From Malacoraja senta (taxonomy: Eukaryota): DNA of 64,000 bases. The stretch covers positions 11,098,001 to 11,162,000 of the forward strand of contig CM075989.1 in the NCBI GenBank assembly GCA_038087875.1, read 5' to 3'. The translations under genes were made by a program, and so were the position numbers. This document shows, piece by piece, positions 38,236-50,499 of the stretch. The stretch's first letter is position 1; each line of letters opens with the position of its first letter. The notes beneath the pieces were generated by a model that saw only the letters and a list, made by a program, of their open reading frames with translations, ran no database searches and was not told the origin of the DNA.

Positions 38236-40416
38236 GAAGGTGTCATCACATTACTTCACACCTCCAAAAACCTCAAATGGCATTTCCCCTCCTTCAATAT
38301 TTTTGAACTCTGTTCAAAGAAAGTGAGGCGTTAATGCAAGCGCTTTAAATTTCTCCAAAGTTTTTCTCTGAGCTTTTGCAATCTGAGAAATTAAAGTTAT
38401 AAATGATCAAAAGTAAAAAACGAATAATAATCTGAACTGAAAAATAAGGAGAAACTGCTTCTGGCATGGAGTAATTGATAGTTCTGCCAAAGGGTTTCTG
38501 TACCATATCAGTGTAGAATTTTTAGAACCAGCCTTTCCTGAAAGTCATGCTCTCTCGGGCCTGATATATTGAGTCCATCTCTATCAATCACTGCCAATCC
38601 TGTTGTATCAGCATTTTTAATTTATTGATGCCTCACCTATATTTAGTGGATGCTACGAGTGAATTGACGCCTACAGTTCATCAGCTGTAAGAAAAGGCCC
38701 AGACTTTTGAAAGTTAAATATAGACCTTGAGTAACATTGAGCTATTTTTTGTGACATTTCTTTCAACAAGATGTTGGCTTCTTCTCAAAATAAGTTATAA
38801 TTAAAATGAAGCTATTTCTAAATTGAGGACCTGCATTGCAAATCTATGAAAGCACTTTCATTCCCTAACTGAAACAGATTGAGTCCCATGTTGAATCGTG
38901 CTGCTGTTTGTAATAAATGTTGCAGTTACAGTATGTGCAGGAAATGAGAAGCAACTCAAGGTTGTGCTGGGTTTATTTGTGGGTGTAATTACCTAAATAG
39001 TACTTAACCCTTTGTGTGACAGTGTTGCACTGAGTTCCAATCTCTTAATATGGTTTTGGAAATTCAACGTGTGATGTTACATCAAGCAGTTTCCTATTTG
39101 TTTCACTAACTCCCTATTCGTGATCTCGACTTGCACATTTATTAAATAGACTGACACAATAATGTTATTACATCATTGTAAATGAATGCACTGTTGAGAC
39201 ATGGACGAATCCCCTTAGAAAATAAAGTCTTGCATTTCTAGAGCACTTTTCATGACTTCAAGGCACCCCACAGCACTTTAGAACCAATTGATTACTTTTT
39301 GGCATGTTGTTACCAATGTAATATCGGAAACACACTCCACATCACAACTCACCTCTGCTTTCTTTTGTCTCACTCCTACCTCAAGGTGCTGGCCCAGTCT
39401 GCATCCCAAATGGCCACTCTTCGCATATGAGTTCCTGGTGAACCGGGTAAAGCACCATCTCAATCCATGTCCTTGTTTCACATGCACATATACTCTTATT
39501 TTCTCTGGGTGCTCCGGTTTCCTCCTGCACTCCAAAGACGTACAGGTTTGTAGGTTAATTGGCTTCTGTGAAATGTCCCTAGTGTGTAGGATAAATGCTA
39601 GCATTCGGGGTGATCGTTGGTTGGTGCGGACTCAGTGGGCCGAAGCGACTGTTTACGCACTGTATCTCTAAAGTCTATAGTCTACAGCATGGCCTAGACC
39701 AGAAATGTCTGGGGACATCATCCTAAGACTGACTGGGAAAAAAATAATTCTAAATACATCTATCCATGCTCTCATTAACACACACTTGTGCAAACACAAT
39801 CCTATTCAACACAGGTGTGCAAATGTACTCATATATCAAGACACAGAGAGAGAGAGACACATACACACACACACACGTAGAGCTACTACCTCACAGAGAC
39901 CCAGGTTCACTCATGCTGTTGAGTGCTGCCATCAGCCATGCGGAATAACAGTTTGTGCTTCACGCAAATGGTTCACAGGGCCAGTTGATTAGGCAACTAA
40001 GTGTCATATCACCGAAAGGGACCGGAATCACAGATGATTAAGTATCAGTAGGTTGTTTTCCTAAAATGTCAATCGTGAACAAGGGCTTTACATTTTTATT
40101 TCATTTTGCATGGTGGGATGAAAATATTTTCCAGATGGATTTTCCAGTCACCACCCTCTCAAAACCAGTTACAGAATATTGGTCTCATATTGTGCATTAG
40201 ACTTAGAAAAACATCCTCCAGGAGCAAGTAGTGAGAATAGAAGGGATGTTGTAAAGAATGAGACAGCTGATGTAACAGAAAGGAAAGTAAGTCGTATTTG
40301 CATAGAGGATCTATGCGTTCGGAAGTTCAACTCAGAGTTGAACAGGATGCTGAGATTGCAGAAGATTAGCCCAAGACTGTTGCCAGGGAAGAACTGCAAT
40401 CCACAGTTCGTAGTTA

Positions 40417-40720
40417 TGGCAGCACAGTGGTAGAGTTGCTGCCTTACAGCGCCAGAGACCCGGGTTTTATCATGACTACGGCTACTGTCTGTACAGAGTT
40501 TATATGTTCCCCCTGTGACCATGTGGATTTTCTCCGGGTGCTCCGATTTCCTCCTACACACCAAAGAATTACAGGTTTGTAGGTTAATTGGCTTCTGTGA
40601 AATGTCCCTAGTGTATAGGACAAATGCTAGCATCCGGGGTGATCGTTGGTCAGTGCAGACTGAGTGGGCCGAAGCGCCTGTTTACGCACTATATCTCTAA
40701 CGTCTATGGTCTACAGCATG
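40417..40720 (+). mobile_element. V-SINE copy
   Basis: Head gcacagtggtagagttgctgcc, V domain and tail; its 3' half is duplicated at 39498-39750. Confidence 0.8.
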
Positions 40721-41065
40721 GCCTAGACCAGAAATGTCTGGGGACATCATCCTAAGACTGACTGGAAAAAAAAATTCAAAATTTTGGCCACTGTGGAAAA
40801 GTCCAGATGAGCGATGGAGAAATGAAAGGGTTCAATGAAAGTTCAGCTGAACAATTCATGGGATGAAAATTCTGACATCTGAGGAGTGTTGGGCTAGGTG
40901 GGTCTATCAACATAAGAGATGATCCTGTTGAAACATTAAACTTTCTAGTCGGGGGTACGCTGAAAGGTCAATTCTCTCAGCTGGACAATTTACAACATAG
41001 TCTACTGTTCCCGATGCCACATGGAGCTGATATGAGGAAAAATCTCCTCTTTCAGAGGATTGTAA

Positions 41066-41278
41066 AGGGCCTGTCCCACTTGGGCATCATTTGCACGTCA
41101 CGCAGGTGGCACGCGAAGATTTTGTGAATTCCAAAATCCTGGGGCGCCGTTCGTGACCGCGTGTCACTGCCTACGCCACCATGCCTCACCACCCGCCGTG
41201 CGCGCGCAATACACGCCATGCGTGCGTTGTGACACGTTAATGATGTCGCGTAAATGACACCCAAGTGAGATAGGCCCT
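41066..41278. mobile_element. Related MITE with the same terminal motif
   Basis: agggcctgtcccacttggg ... cccaagtgagataggccct; flanks gtaa/ttaa; inserted in a CR1 3' remnant. Confidence 0.8.
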
Positions 41279-42463
41279 TTAATCTGTGGGATTCTCGACT
41301 CTGTGGACTCTGTTGCTGGAATATCTAAAGCTGAAATCAGTCAGGCACTGAAGGAATCAAGGAACGTGGTGATTAGGCAAGAAAGTGGATTTGTTAACTC
41401 TCAGCAGCGCATGGTGGAGCAAGCTCGAAGGGTATGACCTTGTCCTAATTGTCGGGGTTTGAGGGGACGTCACCTCCTGCAGGTAGATGACCAATCCCTG
41501 CTCCAGGCAGAGTGGCAAAGGTTTTTTTGTTTCGCGATGCTCATGTGAATTGCCTTGGGACAGTTCTATCTCTTTTAACTGCGTTTTATGAATGGAAGTT
41601 ATTGTTTCTGCATTCCATAAATAACGAGCCATATATTTCCATGAGAAGGAAAGTTCACTGGGTTAATTCTGAGGATGAAGATTCTGAGAATCTTAGCACG
41701 ATAATCTACAGCACGATAATAGGCCCCCGTTGCCTATCCGTGTTGTCCAGAGATGTGGCCTGACCCGCTGAGTTACTCCAGCACTTTGTGTTTTTTTGTA
41801 AAGCAGCATCTGCAGTTCATCGTGTCCCCTTCAGCCCACCTTGTCCATGCCGACCAAGTTGCCATTCTGGGCTAGTCCTATCTGCCTATATTGGATCCAT
41901 AGCCCTCTAAATCCCAGCTATCCATATATCTACTCAAATATATTTTAAAAGGCTGATGTATGAAGGGTGGTTGAGTGGACAGGGTTGATACTCATTGGAG
42001 TTGAGAAGAAAGAGAGGTGATTTAATTCAAACATACAAGGTTCTGAAGGATTGCAGGGTGAATTCTGAGAGGATGTTTCCCCTGTGGTCGGGGGCAGTGG
42101 GGAGGGGGGGGGCAAGGGGGTGGAAGAGGGAGAGAGTAGAGGGATTTCTTCTCACAGTGATTAGATAACTTCAAGGTGGAGAATAACAAGGGAGCAAGAG
42201 GCATGGGGGATGAATGGGAATGTGACATCAGCTGTGGTTTTACTGAATGGGTTAGTCCATTCGAGGGGCCGATTGGCCTCCACCCGCTCCTGTTCCCAAC
42301 CTCTCCCTTTAAACTCGGCATTCCCAAACATGCCGTCATCTTGGAGGCTGTTACACAAATGGTGATTACTGTAGCTAAGGTCAAGTGGAGCGGTGCGGCA
42401 CTTCATTCATTGCACCCGAGCACCTCCTGCCCCAGGTGAGTACAGGTGAACAGATGTCCTTAC

Positions 42464-42831
42464 CAGTCCATGACATGTGCTGATAGCGGCGATCCCGCCC
42501 TCCGCTGCCTCATCCCGGACCTTCCCGATCAGGTGGCAGCTGTTTGGCCGGTGCGGGCTTATCGTGGCCCCCTTCACGCCCCCGTAGCGCCTCTCGGCCA
42601 CGAAGCCAGGGGCTAGGAGAGCTTGGTTGACGGTCAGGTTGAAGTACAGCTGGCGGCCCCTGTGGGAGAGCTTGTAGTAGACGGATGGGCCGGGCGGCCG
42701 CTCCACCGCCACCTCGCGGCGCCGCAGCCGGCTCACCTGGGGAGACTCATCGGGAGACAGGTAGCGGCCCAGGTGGTCAACTCTGACCGGGTAAACCAGC
42801 TCCGGCTCGGACAGGGCTTGAAGGTAGTGCT
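42464..42831 (-). CDS. ADAMTS7: ADAMTS7 exon 2 (prodomain): EHYLQALSEPELVYPVRVDHLGRYLS...LYFNLTVNQALLAPGFVAERR...CHLIGKV...GGIAAISTCHGL
   Basis: Acceptor ttccttcccag|AG, donor CTG|GTAAGG, 368 nt. Reprolysin propeptide motifs PVRVD, FNLT, LLAPGF and AAISxCxGL resemble recalled ADAMTS7. Confidence 0.95.
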
Positions 42832-43286
42832 CTGGGAAGGAAACAAGAAGCGCCCATCAATAGTCATTCCTCAACCTAACTTCCAGCTGCTCGTTCACGC
42901 TTGCTAATGGACATGTAGAGGCAGACCTCAAAATGCAACTTTATTATACAAAACAAACCCCGAGTGCAACAACTAAAACTCGATACACCAGAGGTCCCAA
43001 TGGTTTTCTTAACTTGAGAAAATCGCAGTTACACGAGTTGCAAAGACATCCCGAAAGCGCGGTGTGAAGTGTACAATTGTAGTTGGAAATATCGTAATCA
43101 GTGCAGGGGTTGGGAGTCTCAGAGGGTTGTGGAGTTTCCAGTTGTTCAACAACAAACGCGTCCTCCCAGCCCCCTAGGGACCAAATGATGCGGCTTTAAG
43201 CGAGGAGGCAGGGGGAGAGGGGAGGACGGCGCCGTGACCTGCCCCATGAGACTCCGGGTGACATTAATATACGAGCGGGCACCTAC

Positions 43287-43407
43287 CCTGAGGCCCGACC
43301 CTCCTCTGCCCCTTGCCTTCGGACAGTCCCTCAATCAACACAAAGGCAATAAAAGTTGTCAGGGTCTGGATTAAGTTGCCACTGCTGCCGCTCCACAGTT
43401 TCTGCAT
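43287..43407 (-). CDS. ADAMTS7: ADAMTS7 coding exon 1 (signal peptide): MQKLWSGSSGNLIQTLTTFIAFVLIEGLSEGKGQRRVGPQ + 1 nt
   Basis: Read by hand (not in ORF track). ATG at 43407 with A at -3 (GGGAAGATG), hydrophobic stretch LIQTLTTFIAFVLI, donor CAGG|GTAGGT. 121 nt; phase 1 joins exon 2 (G|AG = Glu). Lies in a CpG island. Confidence 0.85.
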
Positions 43408-43660
43408 CTTCCCCGCTAAAGTTTAGTTCGCCTGGTCCCGGGACATGTCACCCGTCCGCAAAGTTCCGGCCACTTCCCCCCCCTCGATCAGCGAGCCGGC
43501 ACCGGGATGGGATCGCGGCTGAACTGCGGGGAGCAGAGCGGGAGCCGGGCCGGTGCTGACAGCGCGGCTCCGCTACAGCGCTCTGCAACTCATCAGCCGG
43601 CTCAGCCGCCACTTATTTACATAGAGTTCCGCCCCCATCTCCCCCCCTCCCCGCCCCGAC
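43408..43660 (-). promoter_or_regulatory. CpG-island promoter and 5' UTR of ADAMTS7
   Basis: CpG-rich. On the minus strand: GC boxes GGGGCGGGG (43649-43657) and GGGCGG (43629-43634), then TATA-like TATGTAAATAA (43613-43623). ETS-like GGAAGT/CCGGAA near 43462-43478. Immediately upstream of the start codon. Confidence 0.7.
43423..43446 (-). other. Upstream ORF MSRDQAN* in the predicted 5' UTR
   Basis: ATG TCC CGG GAC CAG GCG AAC TAA, in frame with the main ATG and stopping 15 nt before it. Confidence 0.6.
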
Positions 43661-44100
43661 ACACAAACACACACACACACACCCCTCCCTCCCCCTGCTC
43701 ACACACACACACACAAACATTGAACACATCTCCCCTCCCTCCCCTGCTCACACCCACACACATCTTCCCCTCCCTGCTCACACCCAAACATTGCACATAT
43801 CTTCCCTCCCCCTCCTCACACCCACACACAATACACACATCTCCCCTCCCCTGCTCACACACAAATACACAGACCCACACTCATCCTCTCCCTCACATGC
43901 ACCCAAACAATCATGAAGCACTGATACACAAACACACACCATTGAACTTACACAAACACAATGACATATACAAAATGGAGATGCACACACTCAGACAATA
44001 TATACAGACACACACACAGACAGATACTCCATATACTCACTCATAGAATCATATTCAAACGTTGATACAAGGGTACAAGTACACACACACAGACCCAGAC
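43660..44100. repeat. CA-rich low-complexity tract upstream of the promoter
   Basis: Repeated ccctgctcacac and (CA)n units. Confidence 0.8.
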
Positions 44101-47100
44101 AACTCTCCTTCACAAACATGAGGTTTCACTCAAACATGGATTCACACATTTAAAAACCTAAGACACTATTTGAAGCTCCCATCCATTTAACTTTTATTTT
44201 GATAACATTCTCAACTCCTCCCGAATTGCCATCAAACCCTTCATTTCCCAGTTCAGCAGCTCCCCCCCCCCCCCCCCCCCCCTCTCCTCTCTCTCTACCA
44301 TCTCCCTGCTTAGACCCGCAATATATGGACACTGTTTCTTCTTTCTACTTTCGGACAGCCACGTGGAAAGGAAAGATTTTTAGAGATATGGGCCAAAAGC
44401 AGGCAGATCAGACCAGTGTAGATGAGGCATCTTAGGCAGCATGGGCAAGTTGGGTCAAAGGGTTTGTTTCCATACAATACAACTCTGTGTTTTCTTTGGG
44501 TTTCCTCCCACACTACAAAGACATACAGGTTTGTAGGTTAATTGGCTTCGGTCAAAGAATTGTAAAATTGTCCCTCATATGTAGGATAGTTTTAGTGTAC
44601 GGGGTGATTGCTGGTCGGTGCAGACTCGGTGGACCGAAGGGCCTGTTTCTGCACTGTATCGCCAAAGTAAAGTAAAAGACTCTAAGGCACTAGGTGTAAG
44701 GTGTAGAGTATTTCACATACTCTAAGTGGGACTAAAAACCAAAATACTCTTTCATGATTTGATGCACTTCTTAAAATGTATCATATTACTGGGGGAGGCG
44801 CAAAAATGGTGCGACAAGCAATGTTGCTACCTCACCGCTCATTGGAGTGGGATGCGATCCTGACCTCTGGTGCTGTCTGTGTGGAGTTCGCATGTCCTAC
44901 CTGGGTTTCACATGGTGCTCCAGTTTCCTCCCACTTCTCATAAGTATATGTAGTGGTAGAGATACAAGAGACTGCAGATGCTGGAATCTGGAGCAAACAG
45001 CAGAGAGCTGGAGGAGCTGAGTGGGTCAGACAGCATCTGTGGAAGGGATGGGCAGACAACATTTCTAATTAGTCTAACGAAGCATCACAAACCCAAACTT
45101 CATCTGCCCATTTCTCTCCACAAGCACTGGCTGACCCATTGAGTTCCTCCAGCAGTTTGTTTTTTCTATATGCATTGGTAGATTAAATGTCCACTGTGAA
45201 ATCGTCTCTCGTGTATGTGAGTGGTAGAATCTGGTCAGGGATGGGGATGGGGTGGGGGGTAGTTTGTGTGAATGTTTAAAGAATACGCTGTGGTGCAGCT
45301 GGTAGAGTCGCTGCCTCACCACACCAGAGACATGGGTTAGATCCTGACCTGCAGTGCTGTCTGTGTGGTGTTTGCACATTCTCCCTGTCACCACATGGGT
45401 TTCCTGCCACATTTAAAATACATGTGTGTTTTTAGGTTAATTGGTCCCTGTAAATTGCTCACAGTGTGTTCGGAGTGGTTGAGAAAGGTTGGATAACATA
45501 GAACTAGTGTGAATAGGTGATCAGTGATCGGTGGGTCGAAAGGCCAGTTTCCATGTTGAGCCTTTAACTAAATATCAATTAAACTGATAAAAATAGGAGT
45601 TACATTAGGAATAATACAAGTGGGTGTTTGATGGTCGGTGTGGACTTGGTGGACCAAGAAGCCTATTTCTGGCTGTATCTTTGTGTAACGGTGACTCTTC
45701 AGGATTCAGCAGCAGTGGGAGGAGGCTCCCTGGAAAACACTTCTCTGGCAAACATCACCCATTCTTTCTCTCCAGAGATGCTGCATGTCCCACTGAGTTA
45801 CTCCAGATTTTTGTGTCTATCTTCGGTTAAAACCAGCATCTGCAGTTCCTTCCTACACATTTCTCTGCAGCTTGCTTAACTGGTCTTTTTAGGCTTGCGT
45901 TTGGAGCCACATAGTGGGAAGTGTGAGAACAGCAGCCTGTCAGGCAATGACTGATGAGTAATGCATCAATAAAACACCAGCCTGGTTGTTCCACGTTGAT
46001 GCCACACGTATTTTATCATCTGGCAAAGTCATTCCTTGTGCTTAGTTGTCTGCATGAGGTAGGGGTGAGCCCTCAACTTGAACCGCTGCAGGCCCCTTGA
46101 TGAAACTGCTTCCACTGACCTGTTCAGAAGGGAATTTAAACCCAGAGTCATGAAGGAACATCGGTATATATATTCACATCAGAACGGTGTGTGACTTGGA
46201 AATGGTGGCATTTCTGTGCAGCTGCTGCCCTCATCCATCTAAGTTAAGGAGGTCCTGATGGCGCTAGGAGCTAAGTGGTGCTATTTTGGTAACAACCACT
46301 AGATATTTCACAGATTGCCACCACTGCACCCAAACTGCTCCAGTAATGCAAAGTGAATGTTTAAGATGGAGATGGTTGAAAGAATGGAGTCCATATGTAT
46401 GAAGAACCAATAATAAAAACAGAAAATGGTAAAAAAAATATCATCCGCTCTGACGAAGATCTAGGCATATGGACATGCAGGAAATGGAGTGATATGGTTC
46501 ACATGCAGGCAGATGAGATTAGTTTCTTTTGGCATCATGTTCGGCACAGACATTGTGAGTGGAAAGGCCTGTTCCTATGCTATATTGTTCTATGTTCAAC
46601 GCAGGGTCTCTGACCTGAAACATTAACTGCTTTTCTTTCCACAGATACTGACTGCCTGACCTGCTGAGTTTTTCTAGTACTTTCCTGTTTTTATTTCAGA
46701 GGTGTGTGTGTGTGTGTGTGTGTGTTTTTTTATTTGTTTGTGCGCAATCACATCTACTCGAAGAAACAACACGCTAACGGGAAATATTTTACATATTCCG
46801 GTAGAGATTTATCCCGTGAAATCAAAAATTGCCTTATCTGAAAATTCCATGCATTATTTCTCGTTATTTATGAAAATGTTCACTAATCTCAAATAACTGA
46901 GAAAATAGACAAGATGGTCTTGCTGACTGATGACGTCACAATTGATCTGCCTGCCTCTGCTCGCACTGCGAGTGACGTCACCCCTGTTCGGTCTTCTGTA
47001 CTTCTTGGCTTCTTAACTTTCACTTCTTTAAATTTGTCACTTAGCGTTTTAAAACTGGTGCTCAGATTGTGCTGTGCGCTCCGCTGGGCTCCTTGAAGTT

Positions 47101-47489
47101 CTACAACATGGCGGCGGCGGCCTCTATCGCAGCGCGGGCGTGGGGAAGCGCGGTGGAAAAGTGGCCGTGGCGGCCGTCACGAGGGACGACCTCCTCTCCG
47201 TCTCCCCCGCCCGATTGTTTGTCATGCAGGTGGATGGGGAGGCCATGATTGGCCGGCCCTCCACTGCTTTTGACAGTCCTCAGATCGCTCCGGGCCTCGC
47301 TCGGGTCCATGCCAGCCGCAGCCTCGGTCGGGCCCGGCGCCTGGTGGGGAGGCTGCCGCCCCACTCCCTTCCTCTCTCTCTCTCTCTCCCTTCCTCTCTC
47401 TCTCTCTCCCCTCCTCTCTCTCCCCCCTCCTCTCTTTCTCTCTCTCTCTCCCCCCCTCCACTCTCTCCCCCCTCCTCTCTCTCTCTCTG

Positions 47490-47960
47490 TGCATTCACCC
47501 TATCTAATCCCCTCATAATCTTGTACGCCTCTATAAGATGACCCCTCATCTGCCTGTGCTCAAATGAATATGGTCCTAGCCTGCCCAACTTCTCCCTATA
47601 GCTCAGCCCCTCTAGTCCTGTCATATACTTGGAAATGTTCTCTACACCCTTTCCAGTTCAACAACATCCTTTCCATAGCGGGGTGACTAAAACTGAACAC
47701 AATTTTCCAAAGATGGGCAAACCAATGTCATGTACATCCATAACATAACAGCTTGACTTCTATACTCAATAAGCTAACTGATCGTGGTCAATGTACTGAT
47801 AGCCTTGTTGACCACCCTATCTGCCTGTGACCCCATTTTCAAGGAACTAAGTACCTGCGCTCTTATATCCCGTTGCTCTACAACATGGCCCAGAGCTCTG
47901 ACATTCACTGTGTAGGTCCTGCCCTGGTTTGACTTCCCAAAATGCAACACCTTTCACTCA
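47490..47960 (-). mobile_element. CR1 3' region remnant
   Basis: Minus ORF GLEGLSYREKLGRLGPYSFEHRQMRGHLIEAYKIMRGLDRV. Confidence 0.8.
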
Positions 47961-50499
47961 TCCTTGTGTGATAAATATCTCCCAATATTATTTTGTACTC
48001 TTATCAGACAAGCAACAATTCCAGCCGCTTTCTGTCTCCATAGATGCTCCACAGGTGCTCCATTGATGCTACATAGATGCTACCTGATCTGTTGAATTTC
48101 ACCGAGTGTATGTGTTTATTTCAGATATCAGCTTTTGCAGTATTTATCTCTAATTTTATTTTTTCCTCTTGATCAGGAATCTCCCAGGCCTATCCATATC
48201 AATGTTATATGACTATCATCAGTTGCTTCTGATGTGTAGGTAAGTGGCAGAATCTGGGGAGAGGAGTTGGTGGGAACGTAGAGAGAATGAAAAATGGGAT
48301 TCATTTTGGATTGATGTAAACTGTTTGCCTGATAATTGGTGTGGGATCAATGGGGTGAAGGGCCTGTTTCTGTGCTGTATGATTTTATGGCATCAGTTTG
48401 AGGCAATGGTATTCTATGGCTTCTTGGCTTTGGGCAATGGTATCCCACGTGGTAGTGTCGATGTTGCATACTTACACGCCATTCACTGCCCCACTCTTGA
48501 CGACGTGACTGAATTGAACTTGGAGACTAAGTGTTGTTTCAAGTCCCGTACCCAACAAAGTTGGAGACATTATTGAGCCAGGGTTTTCCTTGTGTTGCTC
48601 TCATTTCGCACAGGTGATGGAAATTCCCTTGACAAGTGTAACAGAACTGAAAACTAATGAGCCAGGTGAAAGTAGCTCCAAGCAATTTCCGGGGAAATCT
48701 GCATTATTTTCTGAGCAGGGATCTGTTGAGCGTGAAGTCCCAAATAGATAATTATTCTCCTCTCTTAAACTTTCGCGATTGCAACAGAATGAGCAAGAAT
48801 ATTATGGCAGCACATGGACGCTTTTTCATAGAACCATGTTAATCAATTATTATCAGTGGGAACTAAAAGCCAAATATCTTCAATCTGATCTTCCGGGTCA
48901 CTGCAGACTACAATTCTTGCTACTATGGATGCCTGCTCTTTCACAGAACACATGTATGAAGAAGCAACAATGAGCCATTTAATCAATTCATTGCATGTGC
49001 TCTCTGAGCCTGATTGTTGACTTGTGTATCTGCAGATAAAAGGCAGACAAGATGGCCAGTAAATGCCCTTCCACCATATGCTATGATGATTTAGTCTATA
49101 TTTTAAATGTTCCCATGTTTTAAATTAACTCTACTGACAAAAAAAAATCGGAATCAGATTAAACTAAAACCATTTACAATAGTTAGAACTGAACATTATT
49201 TTAAGAATCATCATGACTGACAGCGCAGAAAAGGCTGACATCCCAATAGACTGGTGTCAGCTCGTTGACATATCTTTAATTAGGCCAATCCTTTCTCTGA
49301 AGCACTTCAATTTCTCACCTTCAAGTATTCATTAGTATCCTCTACACTGCAATGCATTCTCTTCAGCAATAAGTGGTTGGATAATGGACAATGACAGCTC
49401 AGCATAACTGCCATCATGTGTTGGTCAAGAGCTCTTACTCGGTCAGGGTACAATCTGATTGGCTGCCGTTTTGAAGCACCTACTGCAATGCGATGCGGAG
49501 AGAGACCAGATGTGCTAAATGTTCTTAACATTAATAACTTTCTACAGCTTTGTCTGTATAACAGACTCTGGTACAGCGAGCAGTTAAATGGCAAATGTAA
49601 TTTAGTTCAAGAAATGAACCCTTGGAATCACACCAGCCAGTACTGACTGTGGACTGCAAGTCACTATTAATTTGGACAGTCATACTGGATCCCAGTTTCT
49701 GCAGTAAGAGTATAAACGATCTCTATCGTAAAAGAGCATTAATTTTGCAAAGCAATGGTAAATAATACCAAGATTGTCAAAAGGACATAATAGTCTAAAA
49801 TATTTCAGAAATTCATAATCATTTTCCAAGACTTCTTTCGATGATTCTTTGGTTCCGGTCAATTTTTCGTTTCTAGCCTGACCATTTGTCACGATGTGGG
49901 GGGTTGATGGGAATTTGAGAATACACTTCACACATTATGATGGCAGATACTGAACTATTAATCCAGTCCCATTTCCCAGGTTTTGTCCCATGGTTAACCA
50001 AGCCACGAACCATTAAAGGCTGGAATATGAGGAGTTACAACTGAAGGTTTGGCATTTCCAACAACATAACGTTCTCAAACATTCAGCAAGATGGGTCAGC
50101 TCTGTTGAGCTGGTGGAGTTTATCAAGAGAAAAGAGTTTGAACTGTCATATGTACAGACAACAGAACAATGCAATTCTTACTTGCAGCAGCATAAACGGC
50201 CTGTAACACAATACACATAGATAATATGATAAACAAAAAAATCAATAAATTAGTCATTCCAATGGGGTAACACTCACAGTAGGGTGAATTCATGTAATAT
50301 ATTTTATGTACAGTGGTAAAAAAAGTCCAGGAACGCCTGGAGCCGCTCTCCCTTGCCGTCAGGGCGTATATGTGGAGCCGCTTAACGATCTTGGACTTGT
50401 CTGCAGCTCATTTCTGGTATTGGAGGAAGCATGGTGATCCCTGTAGTTCACCCTTGCCTTGAGAGGAGGCGCTGGCAGTTTCCGGCTTAACCTGACAGC

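Noticed and set aside
1913-43407. Assignment as ADAMTS12
   Set aside because: Diagnostic segments (LLAPGFV, KGVFx[36 protein letters not shown]) fit recalled ADAMTS7 better. A phylogeny or synteny check would settle it.
43507-44046. 179-aa plus-strand ORF
   Set aside because: H/T/P-rich translation of a CA-rich low-complexity tract; no domain.
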